Source: Okamejei kenojei (taxonomy: Eukaryota). From it: a stretch of 64,000 nucleotides of DNA. Below are positions 25,689 through 38,410 of this stretch, one piece after another (position 1 is the first letter of the stretch; every line of letters begins with the position of its first letter). The position numbers and the translations under genes were made by a program. The notes under the pieces are model-generated. The model worked only from the letters and a program-made list of their open reading frames with translations, searched no databases and was not told the origin of the DNA. The stretch is taken from positions 7,192,001 through 7,256,000 of the forward strand of contig CM069142.1 of NCBI GenBank assembly GCA_035221665.1, written 5' to 3'.

Positions 25689-26722
25689 GTTGGAGGCCGG
25701 TGACTAGTGGGGTGCCTCAGGGATCTGTGTTGGGTCCACTGTTGTTTGTCATGTACATCAATGATCTGGATGATGGGGTGGTAAATTGGATTAGTAAGTA
25801 TGCAGATGATACTAAGATAGGTGGTGTTGTGGATAATGAAGTAGATTTTCAAAGTTTACAGAGAGATTTAGGCCATTTGGAAGAGTGGGCTGAAAGATGG
25901 CAGATGGAGTTTAATGCTGATAAGTGTGAGGTGCTACATCTTGGCAGGACAAATCAAAATAGGACGTACATGGTAAATGGTAGGGAATTGAGGAATGCTG
26001 TGGAACAGAGGGATCTAGGAATAACTGTGCATAGTTCCATGAAGATGGAATCTCATGTAGATAGGGTGGTAAAGAAAGCTTTTGGTGTGCTGGCCTTTGT
26101 AAATCAGAGCATTGAGTATAGAAGTTGGGATGTAATGTTAAAATTGTGCAAGGCATTGGTGAGGCCAATTCTGGAGTATGGTGTACAATTTTGGTCGCCA
26201 AATTATAGGAAAGATGTCAAAATAGAGAGAGTGCAGAAGAGATTTACTAGAATGTTGCCAGGGTTCCAGCAACTATGTTACAGAGAAAGGTTGAACAAGT
26301 TAGGTCTTTATTCTTTGGAGCGCAGAAGGTTAAGTGGGGACTTGATAGAGGTCTTTAAAATTAGGAGGGATAGACAGAGTTGACATGGACAAGCTTTTTC
26401 CATTGAGAGTAGGGAAGATTCAAACAAGGGGACATAATTTGAGAATTAAGGGACACAAGTTTAGGGGCAACATGAGGGGGAACTTCTTTACTCAGAGAGT
26501 GGTAGCTGTGTGGAATGAGCTTCCAGTGGAACTGGTGCAGGAAGGTTCGTTTTTATCATTTAAAAATAAATTGGATAGATATATGGACGGGAAAGGAATG
26601 GAGGGTTATGGTCTGAGTGCAGGTAGATGGGACTAGGTAAGAGTAAGTGTTTGGCACGAACTAGAAGGGCTGAGGTGGCCTGTTTCCGTGCTGTAATTGT
26701 TATATGGTTATATGGTTATATG
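25689..26722 (+). mobile_element. 5'-truncated CR1 LINE
   Basis: SGVPQGSVLGPLLF..YINDL...KYADDTK RT motifs and a (TTATATGG)n tail. Confidence 0.93.
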
Positions 26723-27501
26723 TTGGGGGAGTCCAGAACCAGGGGGTCACAGTTTAAGAATAAGGGTAGGTAATTTAGGACTGAGATGAGGAAAAATGAG
26801 GTTTTCACCCAGAGAGTTGTGAATCTGTGGAATTCTCTGCCGCAGAAGTTAGTGGAGGCCAATTCACTGGATGTTTTCAAGAGAGTGTTAGATTTAGCTC
26901 ATCGGGCAAAAGGAATCAAGGGATATGGGGAAAAAGCAGGAACGGAGTAGTGATTTTGGATGATCAGCCATGGTTATATTGAATGGCGATGCTGGCTCGA
27001 AGGGCCAAAAGGCCTACTCCTGCACCTATTGTCTATGGATCAATATTTCCACAGATGCTGCCTGACCCACTGAGGTCCTCCAGCACTTTGCGTTTTCGTC
27101 AAGATACCTCTATAAGATCACCCCTCATCCTCCTGCTCTCCAAGGAATAAAGTTCCTTGCCAGCTCAACCTCTCCCTGTAGCTCAGGCTCTCGAGTCCTG
27201 GCAACATCCTGATAAATCTTCTCTGCACCCTTTGCAGTTTAACAACATCCTTCCTATAGCAGGGTGGCCAAAACTGAACACAATACTATACGTGCAGCGT
27301 AACCAACCATATAACCCTGTTTTAAACCCTTTAGCAATGTGCAAGTTTATCACTATTCACATTTACACCACCAACAAGGTAGGCTAAAGGGCCTGTTTCT
27401 GTGCTGTGTAATTCTCGCAATAGTTGTGAATCTGAACTATGATCCAGGTTCTGATAAAGTTAGCAATGTCTATACAAAACATCAGCAAAGTGGATTGTCA
27501 C

Positions 27502-27559
27502 CTGCTCTTATGAGTTGAAAAATGCCAAAAATACAGAAGGAGGCTGTCCATGGGAACAT
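27502..27559 (-). CDS. HHLA2: HHLA2-like signal-peptide coding part (MFPWTASFCIFGIFQLIRA); whole exon 27502-27671
   Basis: ATG with an in-frame upstream stop, 19 hydrophobic codons, phase-1 donor g|gtgac joining IgV1 in frame. Acceptor ttcttgcag| at 27671. Confidence 0.75.
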
Positions 27560-27839
27560 CTCTGTTGCTCTTCCAGTTCACAGCTGTCCGCATCTGAATG
27601 TGGCATCACTCATAAACGCGCATGTCATGCCGATCGCTAACTTCTTGCTCATGAGGCAATCCAGAAAAACTCTGCAAGAAAAACAGTTTAGATCAAACAA
27701 CGTTTAAAGTGGAATGCAGCACCACAGCATGTCAAAGGAACCCCGCATATCAGATCTTTACCCCCCCCCCAAGCAAAACACCCCACACAAGGCAAAAGAG
27801 GCAGTGCTGCCCTCTGTAACATTGACTGGACCTGTGTAC

Positions 27840-28380
27840 ACACAGAGTCACTCACACTCACACACACTCACACTCCCCCCACACTCGNNNNNNNNNNNNN
27901 NNNNNNNNNNNNNNNNNNNNNNNNNNNNNNNNNNNNNNNNNNNNNNNNNNNNNNNNNNNNNNNNNNNNNNNNNNNNNNNNNNNNNNNNNNNNNNNNNNNN
28001 NNNNNNNNNNNNNNNNNNNACATACACTCACTCACATTCACACTCACACTCTCCCCACACTCACACTCCCCCCACACTCACACTCCCCACACACACACAC
28101 TCCCATGCACACACACTCCCATGCACACACACTCGCATGCACACACATTCACACTCACACTCACACTCACTCACACTCACACTCCTCCCACACTCACACG
28201 CCCCACACACATACACTCCCATGAACACACACTCATACACACTTGCACTCACACACACTTACACTCACACACACTCACACATGCTCATGCACACTCACAT
28301 TCGCCTCAGACTCACACTTCCCTCACACTTACACCCATACCCACACTCACGATCAGACTCACACTCCACTCACACTCCAT
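27840..28380. repeat. (CA)/(CACACT)n low-complexity array containing an assembly gap (N at 27888-28019)
   Basis: Direct inspection. Confidence 0.95.
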
Positions 28381-29299
28381 GCAGGTACAGCAGGCAGTGA
28401 AGAAAGCTAATGGCATGTTGGCCTTCTGCAGTTGTAATGAATCTTGTGTAATGAGTCTTGAGTTTAGGAGCAAGGAGGTCCTTCTGCAGTTGTAATGAAT
28501 CTTGTGTAATGAGTCTTGAGTCTTGAGGAGCAAGAAGGTCCTTCTGCAGTTGTAATGGGCTTGTAATCACTGGAATTTAGGAGGTTGGGAGGGGATCTTA
28601 TAGAAACATATAAAATCATTAAGGAATTGGACACGCTAGAGGCAGGAAACATGTTCACGATTTTGGGGGAGTCCAGAACCAAGTTCCACAGTTTAAGATT
28701 AAGGAGGAGGCCATGAGGAAAACCTTTTTCACCCAGAGAGTTGTGAATCTGTGGAATTCTCTGCCTCAGAAGGCAGTGGAGGCCGATTCACTGGATGCTT
28801 TCAAAAAGAGAGAACTCCTAGGGTTAGCAGAGTCAAGGGATATGGGGAGAAGGCAGGAACGGGGCACTGATTGTGGATGTTCAGCCATGATCACAGTGAA
28901 TGGCGGTGCTGGCTCAAAAGGCCGAATGGCCTACTCCTGCACCTATTGTCTATGTATCCATGTACAGGAATCTATGCACACACACACACACACTCCACAC
29001 ATGTACACATACTCACACTCATACCCACTCCAGCCCACACCCACACTGGCATCCAGACACACTCACACTCCATGCACACACGCACACTCCACTCACATCC
29101 AGACTCACACTCACACTCTTATCCAGTCACACACTCACACAGACACTCACCGCAGATTCCAAATGTTTTCAGGTTATCTGTGATCTGACCTGCGTGTACA
29201 CATTGAGGTTAGCCATTAACGATAGGTCTCCAAAGCTGTATTTCAGTGTGGCTGCCAATTGTTAGAAATTAACAATTCACCAAATTAAATAGTCTCCTG

Positions 29300-31200
29300 A
29301 AAAGGTAAGTATAAGAAATAAAGTGGATGAGCTTGTGGCTCAGTTAGAAATTGGCAAATATGATGTTGTGGGAATTACAGAGACATGGCTGCAAGAGGGC
29401 CAGGGCTGGGAACTGAATATTCAAGGGTATACGTCCTATCGAAAAGACAGACAGGTGGGCAGAGGGGGTGGGGTAGCTCTCTTGGTGAGGAATTAAATTC
29501 AGTCCCTTCAGAGAAGGGTGACATAGAATCGGGAGATGCAGAGTCAGTATGGGTAGAGCAGAGGAATTGTAAGGGTAAAAAGACCCTAATGGGACTTATC
29601 TACAGGCCCCCAAACAGTGGCCTGGATATAGGGTGCAAATTAGCATGTAGTAAAGGTAATACTATGGTTGTTATGGGGGATTTCAACATGCAGGTAGACT
29701 GGGAACATCAGGTTGGTACTGGACCCCAAGAAAGGGAGTTTCTGGAGTGCCTCTGTGATGGATTCTTAGAGCAGCTTGTTCTGGAGCCTACCAGAGAGAA
29801 GGCAATTCTGGATTTAGTGTCGTGTAATGAACCAGATTTGATAAGAGCACTTGAAGTTAAGGAGCCATTAGGAGGTAGTCACCATGATATGATAAGTTTT
29901 AATCTACAATTTGAGAGGGAGAAGGGTTAAATCGGAGGTGTCAGTATTACACATGAACAAAGGGGACTATGGAGCCATGAGGGAGGAGCTGGCCAAAGTT
30001 GACTGGAATGACCCTAGCAGGGAGGACAGTGGAGCAACAATGGCAGGTATTTCTGGGAATAATACAGGAGGTGCAGGATCAGTTCATTCCAAAGAGGAAG
30101 AAAGATTCCAAGTGGAGTAAGGGGTGACCATGGCTGACAAGGGAAGTCAGGGGCAGTGTAAAAATAAATGAGTAGCAAAGAAGAGCGGGAAGCAAGAGGA
30201 TTGGGTAACGTTTAAAGAGCAACCGAAGATAACTAAAAAGGCAATACGGGGAGAAAAAAATGAGGTACGAAGGTAAGCTAGCCAAGAATATAGGAATGTG
30301 AAGAGGAAAACATTTGTTAAGACCAATATTGGACCCTTGAAGACTGAAGGTGAATTTATTATGGGGAACAAGGAAATGGCAGATGGGTTGAACAGGTACT
30401 TTGGATCCGTCTTCACTAAGGAAGACACAAACAGTCTTCCTAATGTACTAGTGGCCAGAGGATCTGGGGTGACGGAGGAACTGAAGGAAATCCACATTAA
30501 GCAGGAAATGGTGTTGGGAGACTGATGGGACTGAAGGCTGATAAATCCCCAGGGCCTGGTAGTCTGCATCCCACTTAAGGAAGTGGCTCTAGAAATCGTG
30601 GACACATTGGTAATCATTTTCCAATGTTCTATAGATTTAATCAGTTCCTGTGGATTGGAGGGTAGCTAATGTTATCCCACTTTTTAAGAAAGGCGGGGGA
30701 GAAAAAACAGGGATTATAGTTTATAATATTATAATATAATATATAGACTATAATAGAATTATAGACCAGTTAGCCTGACATCGGTGGTGGGGAAGATGCT
30801 GGAGTCAATAATGAAATATTATCAATCTCAAATATTTGAAATATCTCAAAGATGAAATAGCGGCACATTTGGATAGCAGTAACAGGATCGGTCCGAGTCA
30901 GCATGGATTTACGAAGGGGAAATCATGCTTGACTAATCTTCTGGAATTTTTTGAGGATGAAACTAGGAAAAAGGACAAGGGAGAGCCAGTAGATGTAGTG
31001 CACCTGGACTTTCAGAAAGCATTTGATAAGGTCCCACATAGGAAATTAGTGGGCAAAATTGGAGCACATGGTATTGGGGGTAGAGTTCTGACGTGGATGG
31101 AACATTGGTTGGCAGACAGGAAACAAAGAGTAGGGATTAACGGGTCCCTTTCAGAATGGCAGGCAGTGACTGGTGGGTACTGTAAGGCTCGATGCTGGGA
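29300..31200 (+). mobile_element. Degenerate CR1 LINE ORF2 (APE endonuclease to RT)
   Basis: YRPPN, VMGDFN, QHGFTKGKSCLTNLLEFFE and DFQKAFDKVPH motifs, with frameshifts. Confidence 0.9.
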
Positions 31201-31964
31201 CAATACACAATAGACAATAGGTGCAGGAGTAGGCCATTCGGCCCTTTGAGCCAGCACCGTCATTCAATCAATCATGGCTGATCATCCCCAATCAGTACCC
31301 CGTTCCTGCCTTTTCCCCAGATCCCCTGACTCCGCTATCTTTAAGAGCCCTAACCAGCTGTCTCTTGAAAGCATCCAGAGAACCAGCCTCCACCGCCCTC
31401 TGAGGCAGAGAATTCCACAGACTCACAACTCTCTGTGGGAAAAAGTGTTTCCTTGTCTCCGTTCTAAATGGCTTACCCCTTATTCTTAAACTGTGGCCCC
31501 TGGTTCTGGACTCCTCCCAACATCGGGAACATGTTTCCTGCCTCTTGCATGTCCAAGCCCTTAACAATCTTATATGTTTCAGATTGGAGGACGGGGGAGA
31601 GACGGGAGGGTGGGGGGAAACTTGAACTTGCGTTTGCAAAATGGTGGCAGTGACTCCAAGCTGCTGCGATTGCCACAGAGGCTTTTCGACATCATGTTTG
31701 TTCCCCATCAGATTTTAAGCCGAAAAACAATCTGACGTCGAACGCACACAAAGCCAAAATGATAAATAGGTATGAAACACTGAAACAACGAAAACTTGGA
31801 GTCACTGCCAGCATTCTACAAACGCAAGTTCAAGCTCCCGCCCACCCCCCCGTCTCCCCCCGGCCAGTGATCTGATTGACACGGGGGTCTGGAACAGTCA
31901 CTGACAAGGTCTCGGACAAATCCCGTCCCCAGAGCGTCATGTCCGTTCGGCGGCTTTTTGACGT

Positions 31965-32262
31965 CATGTCCGTTCTGCGTGGTGTCCGTTCTGCCTGGTG
32001 TCCGTTCTGTGTGGTGTCCGTTCTGCGTGGTGTCCGTTCTGCACGGTGCCCGTTCTGTGTGGTGTCCGTTCTGTGTGGTGTCTGTTCTGTGTGGTGTCCG
32101 TTCTGCGTGGTGTCCGTTCTGCCTGGTGTCCGTTCTGTGTGGTGTCCGTTCTGCGTGGTGTCCGTTCTGCCTGGTGTCCGTTCTGTGTGGTGTCTGTTCT
32201 GCGTGGTGTCCGTTCTGCGTGGTGTCTGTTCTGTGTGGTGTCCGTTCTGCGTGGTGTCCGTT
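31965..32262. repeat. 16-bp minisatellite (TGGTGTCCGTTCTGYG)n
   Basis: Direct inspection. Confidence 0.92.
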
Positions 32263-33886
32263 GGGCTTTGTGTCCTTTCGGCATCGTGACCGTTCGGTAT
32301 CTTGGCTTTTCGGCATGATGTTCGTTCGGCATCTTGGCTTCCACTTCATGGCTTTGGCTTCTCGTCCTTCGACGTCCTGTCCGCACAAGTACCAACATGT
32401 TGCCCAGTATTTTATGGTTATGAAAAATCAACAGTGTAAAGCACCATGGAAGTATGGATAGGAAAGGGTTTAGAGGGATATGGGCCAAATGCAGACGTGG
32501 GACTGGCCCAGTGTGTCAACATGGATGACTTGGACAAGATGGGCCAAAGGGCCTGATTCCATGCTGTGCAGTCCTATGACTTATAAGTTCATAAATGCAT
32601 AAGTCATCGGAGCAGAATTAGGCCATTCGGCCCATCGAGTCTACTCCGCCATTCAATCATGGCTGATCTATGCTACCCTCTCAAGCCCGTTCTCCTGCTT
32701 TCTCCCCATAGGCTCTGACAACCGTACTAATCAAGAACCTGTCAATCTCCACTTTAATAATACCCATTGACTTGGCCTCTTTGTGCCGTCTGGGGCAATG
32801 AAATCTGCAGATTCACCACCCTCTGACTAAAGATGACTCTCTGACTGTGACAGCTTGCAAAGTGGAACAGGGGGATGTGTCTTATCTTGCATCTATAACA
32901 CGAACACAAAACCTGATTCAGATTTTAGTCTTAAGCGGCATAAAGTGTAGGGAATTTCTTGAGGGAATTTCTGGAACATATTCACGAAGCTTTAGGGGTT
33001 GCAAGGATGGCTCAGTCCGTTTATCTGGCCACTTGTGAAAAGAGCCATGCTAAAAATATCAATTATTTGATGAGCAACTTGTATTCCGTAAGTTTGCTAA
33101 TTCCAATGTTTGTGTAAGTGTTGTGGAAGCCGTTGCTCTGTATTTTCATATGGTCGTCCACATTGGACAAGGTCCAGGGGAACCACCCACCATCGGAACT
33201 GGGGGTGAGAAGGCAAGTTTAGCAAGAGAGGAGAAACCCCAAGAGTCTGCACCCCGCCACTCTGCGGGTAGAGAACCGACAAGGTTTCCAGCCCACTGGA
33301 TGTTGCCCAACTCAACCCCCACACACTTATAATCTACCAGCGTTTTGTTCTTAAAATCTAAAGGATAATGGATTTTCCAGTGAACCAGGTGAGTTTATAG
33401 TAGGTGTTTAAGAAGGAACTGCAGATGCTGGAAAATCGAAGGTAAACAAAAGTGCTGGAGAAACTCAGTGGGTGCAGCAGCATCTATGGAGCGAAGGAAA
33501 TAGGCAACGTTTCGGGCCAAAACCCTTCTTCAGACTGATGTAGGGTGGGGGGGGGGGCAGGGAGAAGAAAGGAAAAAGGAAGAGGAGGAGCCCAAGGGCC
33601 GAGGGAGAGCTAGGAAGGGGAGGAGACAGCAAGGGCTAATGGAATTGGGAGAATTCAATGTTTATGCCACTAGGGTGCAGACTGCCCAAGCGGAATATGA
33701 GGTGCTGCTCCTCCAATTTCCGGTGGTCCTCACTCTGGCCATGGAGGAGGCCCAGGACAGAGAGGTCGGATATGGAATGGGAGGGGGAGTTGAAGTGCTG
33801 AGCCACCGGGAGGTCTGTTTTATAGTGGGAACGGGCTCGGCGAGGTTAGGGCAATGTGGGAATGGGGCCCTCACAGCGAGACACAG

Positions 33887-34100
33887 TCAGAGTGCATGGG
33901 GTCACGGAGAGGTCACCGTCAGTGTGCATGGGGTCACGGAGAGGTCACCGTCAGTGTGCATGGGGTCACGGAGAGGTCACCGTCAGTGTGCATGGGGTCA
34001 CGGAGAGGTCACCTTCAGTGTGCATGGGGTCACTGTGACGTCACCGTGAGTGTATGTGGGGGTCACGGAGAGGTCACCGTCAGTGTGCATGGGGTCACGG
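33887..34100. repeat. 32-bp minisatellite (CAGTGTGCATGGGGTCACGGAGAGGTCACCGT)n
   Basis: Unit spacing 33901 to 33933. Confidence 0.92.
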
Positions 34101-34727
34101 TGAGCCAGATACATAACCATAAGGATTTAAAAACAATAGGATCATAGGTTATTAGTTTCACTGTGAAAGATAACTTGTGAGTATCACACTCCAGTTTGAT
34201 TTGGTGGCATTGAGTCTTAGAGTCCAGAAACAGGCACTCGGGCCCAACTAGTCCATGCCGACCAAAATGCTCCATCTGTACTAGTCCCACCTGCCCGCCT
34301 GCCCGCGTTCCTATCCATGTATCCGTGGAAATGTCTTTCAAACGTTACAATACTAACTGCCTCAACTACCTCCTCTGGCAGCTCGTTCCATACACCCACA
34401 ACCCCCTGAGTGAAAGTGTTGCCCCTCAGGTTCCTATTATATCGCAGTCCCCTTAAACCTATGTCCTCCGTTCCTTGACTCCCCTAACCTGGGTAAAAGA
34501 CTCTGTGCATTCACCTCCCTATTCCCCTCATGATTTTTATACAAGATCACCCCTCATCCTCCTGCACTCCAAGGAATAAAGAGTGAGCCTGCTCTCTCTA
34601 GAGCTCAGCAGCTCGAGTCCTAGAAACAGCCTTATACATCTTCTCTGCACTCTTTCCAGTTTAACCACATTCTTCCGATAGAAGGGTGCCCAAAACTGAC
34701 CACAATACTCCAAGTGTGGCCAAATGG

Positions 34728-35035
34728 GGCAGCACAAGTGGTGCAGCGGTAGGGTCGCTGTCTTACAGCGCTGACATCGGCAGATTCCCGAGTTTGATCC
34801 CGACTGCGGGTGCTGTCTGTGCGAAGTTTGTTCATTCTCTCCGTGACCGCATGGATTTTCTCCGAGATCTTTGGTTTCCTCCCGCACTCCAAAGAGGTGC
34901 GGGTTTGCAGGTTACTGTAATTGGCTTGGTATATATGTAAATCGTCCCTAGTGTGTAAGAGAGTGTTACGGTGTGGGAATCGCTGGTTGGTGCTGGTCGA
35001 CTCGACGGGCTGTTTCCGCGCTGTATCTTTAAAAC
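34728..35035 (+). mobile_element. tRNA-derived V-SINE (HE1-like)
   Basis: A-box-like gtggtgcagcggtag, B-box-like gagtttgatcc, and V-SINE-type core ...ggtttcctcccgcactcc. Confidence 0.7.
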
Positions 35036-35190
35036 ACTAAAACCAAAAACTGGAACATAATGTCCCAACTTCATTTTCAATCAACTTCACAAAGATTCTT
35101 TCATGAATCAAAGTCCTAAACTGGGAATTAAATCACTGTTCGATCTCCATATGCCCGCACAGGTAATGCGTATCAAAAGAATGGACTTAC

Positions 35191-35455
35191 CGTACATTTT
35201 CTGCCTCCTCCCCGCATTCTTTATCCGGCAGTTTTATTTGCTTTCATCGGTTCGCAGCTTGTTGGAATGTTGTTAGCCCTCGTTGTTGACTGGAATATTT
35301 GCTACATGACTTATTCCTCCAGAGATTGCACTTCCAGCTGAGCGATCAGGTAAGACTGGCTGAACAGGGAAATGAACCGAAGGTAGGTCGGAGAGTGAAA
35401 CTCTTTGATTAGAGATTGGACAAAGCGACAGAGCCTAACTCCTGCCCCGCCTCTC
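35191..35455 (-). promoter_or_regulatory. Candidate HHLA2 non-coding first exon and promoter
   Basis: Strong minus-strand donor acg|gtaagt at 35191. CCAAT at 35415-35419, GC box at 35445-35451, ETS/IRF-like GGAAATGAAC at 35368-35377 and AGTGAAACT at 35394-35402, in non-repetitive DNA. Confidence 0.4.
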
Positions 35456-36863
35456 ATTTGTTTCTGTCGATGAAGGAATTTATTACATAGAAACAGTCCA
35501 GCAGAGGCGCAGGCCCTTCAGCTCACCTTGTCTGTACTCAACATGGTGCCAGGTTCAACTAATCTCCTCTGCCTGCAGGTGATCCCGATCCCTCCATTCC
35601 CTGCATATCCATGCACCTACCTAAAAGCCTCTTAAATGCCACTATGGTATCTGCCTCCACCACTGCCCCTGGCAGTGTGTTCCAGGCGCCCACCACCCTC
35701 TGTGTAAAATTCCCGCACTTGCATGGAATGCATCTTGCTGCATCGATGTGGACTACATGCGGTGCATGTATCTTGCATGACTTGTACCTTCCATGGAATG
35801 CATTTTGCATTGAATGCGTCTTGCTGCATCGATGTGGACAACTCGCGGTGCAAGCTGAGTTTGCGCTTGTTCCATGGGCCTGCGGCCGTGAAGGCTGCGA
35901 CGAGTTTTGTCCTTGGAGGAGGCAGCTTTGACCCTTCCCCCATGAGAGGCTGCTGCCCAGGCTCACTGCCTGGGGGTCAGGGGAGCGGGGCCCATCCTGT
36001 ACCCCCCTCCCACCTCCCCAGTGAGGGGAATGTGAGGGTCACCGCTGTCATGTTCACAAGTCCAGTGGACACCCACACGCCTCTGACATCTCTCTCTTTC
36101 TCACTTTCCTTCCCTCTCTCTTTCTCCCCTCTGCCCCCTCTCTCTCTCTCCATTTGTTTGTCTCTCCCTCTGTCTCTCTCTCTCTCATTCTCTCTCTCTC
36201 TCTCTCCCTCCCACATTCTCTCCTTCTCACTCTCTCTGTCCGCCAGTGAGGGAAGTTAAGAGTCTCTGTTCCCACATCCCCAGAAAATCAATCATTATGG
36301 GAAAATACATCATTGGTGAACGAGCTGGCAGTTTAATAGGTGCAAAGTCTACAGAACTAATCTATATGATGATAAAATGAATGTGTCAATCATCATTTGT
36401 GATGATTGTCACACATTTACTGTGATTTAGTGTGATTGTCACACATTTACTGTGAAGTTTTAACAGTAATAGCAAGCCCCCAAGATATTGTATTTGTTCA
36501 AGTCTTGCTATTTTGTTTTTTTATGAAACACAAACGTACGACTGCCCCGATCATGTACGGAATGACTGCTGAGGCTCACAAAATGAATTATCAAAGGCTT
36601 ATCTTAATGATCTCAAAGTCTACTCTGAGTTGAGTTGCATGTATTTCTTCATATTTCACAGTAAATGCTTTAACAAGAACCTGCTGTTTGTGCAATGGAC
36701 TTTTCCCCTGGGTGGGGGAATGGTTGAGAGGGAACCTGGAGACAATGTTATATTTCTTGGTTTTATTTCCATTTGCCGTGGCTGACTCCACCATCTCAGC
36801 ATAACGTGTCCTGTTTATCTCAGACCCAAAGATCATCGAGCGGAGAATGATCTTTGCTCAGAC

Positions 36864-37586
36864 CAGGCACGTGCTGTGAGTAATCAGCCAGAGTAGGCAG
36901 TGGCTTTTAAAAATCTTGAAAACCGTGCATGCGCACATTGTTCCCTCCCCGGTGAACTGCCAGTCGGCTATTTTTAAATCGTGGAAACCGCGCATGCGCA
37001 GATTGTTCTCTCGACTTTTATCATGTAATTTGTTTTCAACAGGTCCTATCTCTTAATAAAGTATTTAAAAACATATAGCTCAAAAAAAATTACTTACCAT
37101 ATTATTTGTGCACAAAATCCATTCTGCAGCAAAAATATCCATAAGGTTGCTTCGTGAAACGCTTCAGGTAATCACTATCCACCGTTGAAAAGCCCGCTAA
37201 GAAACTTGCGCACGCGCCTGCGCAGTATGCTGGTGAGCAACGCAGCACGTGCACGCAGTTGGTTCACAGTGTAATGGCAGAGTTACAACTGCCTTTACGG
37301 ACCGTTCCCACTGATGGCTTGAAGCAGCGTCGACGGCACGTGAGTAGCACATACTTCCACGTTTAAAACGTACTGCTGATGAAAGGCACGGGAGAATTAT
37401 GCCTCGCTAAGAGATCGATCTCTTAGGGAGGCATAATTCTCCCGTGACTTTACTATTTATGACCATTTTAAATATGTTTTATATATATTTTATGTATATT
37501 ATATTTATATATAAAATAATTACTATTTTATAATTTTAGTCAGGGTCGGCACTGCCTACCTTGCCTACCCTGACGGCACGTGCCTG
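36864..37586. mobile_element. hAT-type MITE
   Basis: TIR caggcacgtgc. Exact 8-bp TSD gctcagac at 36856-36863 and 37587-37594. Confidence 0.88.
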
Positions 37587-37954
37587 GCTCAGACCCTTCA
37601 TGTCACTGCACAGACACACCCTCTGGCATTCTGTTTGAAGAGAATGTACTAAAGGTCACGTGTAAACTAACAGGGCGGCGGGATGGGACCCAATGCAAGC
37701 AGGCAGAGGGCCATAGAAGGAGGGCAGAAGCACAAGGTGGAAGGGAGATAAGAAAAACTAACCTGAAAGCTTTGTGCCTTAATGTGAGGAGCATTCGTAT
37801 TAAGGTGAATGAATTGAATGCGCAGTTAGTAGTTAAGGGTTATAATATAGTTGGAATTATGGAGACATGGCTCCAGGGTGACCAAGGCTGGGAGCTAAAC
37901 ATGCAGGGGTCTTCGATATTCAGGAAGGATAGGCAGAAAGCAAGAGGGGTGGGG

Positions 37955-38410
37955 TGGACCATAGAAAGCAGTTTATCAGGATGCATCACAGCTTGGTTTG
38001 GGAACAGCTCCATCCAGGACAGCAAGAAATTGTAGCGAATTGTGGACGCAGCCCAGACCATCACACAAACCAACCTCACCCTTATATTGACTCCATTTAT
38101 ACCTCACGATGCCTCAGCAAGGCCAGCAGCACAATCAAGGATGAGTCACACCCTGGCCACTCCCTCTTCTCCCCTCTCCCATCGGGCAAAAAGTATAGAA
38201 GTGTGAAAACGCACACCTCCCGATTCAGGGACAGTTTCTTCCCAGCTGTTATCAGGCAACTGAATCATCCCACCACAACCAGAGAGCAGCGCTGAACTAC
38301 TATCTGCCTCATTGGTGACCCTCGGACTATCCTTGATCGGACTTTGCTGGCTTTACCTTGCGACAAAAGCTGTTCACTGAACCTCGTTACACGTGACAAT
38401 AAACTAATTC
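37955..38410 (+). mobile_element. Rex1/Babar-like LINE 3' fragment
   Basis: TIESSLSGCITAWFGN...SHPGHSLFSPLPSGKKYRS...RFRDSFFP motifs. Confidence 0.7.

Noticed and set aside
31816-32488. Cys/Trp-rich and His/Thr-rich repetitive ORFs
   Set aside because: Products of a 16-bp minisatellite.
34728-34810. tRNA gene
   Set aside because: The tRNA-like head continues into a SINE body, so it is a SINE and not a tRNA.
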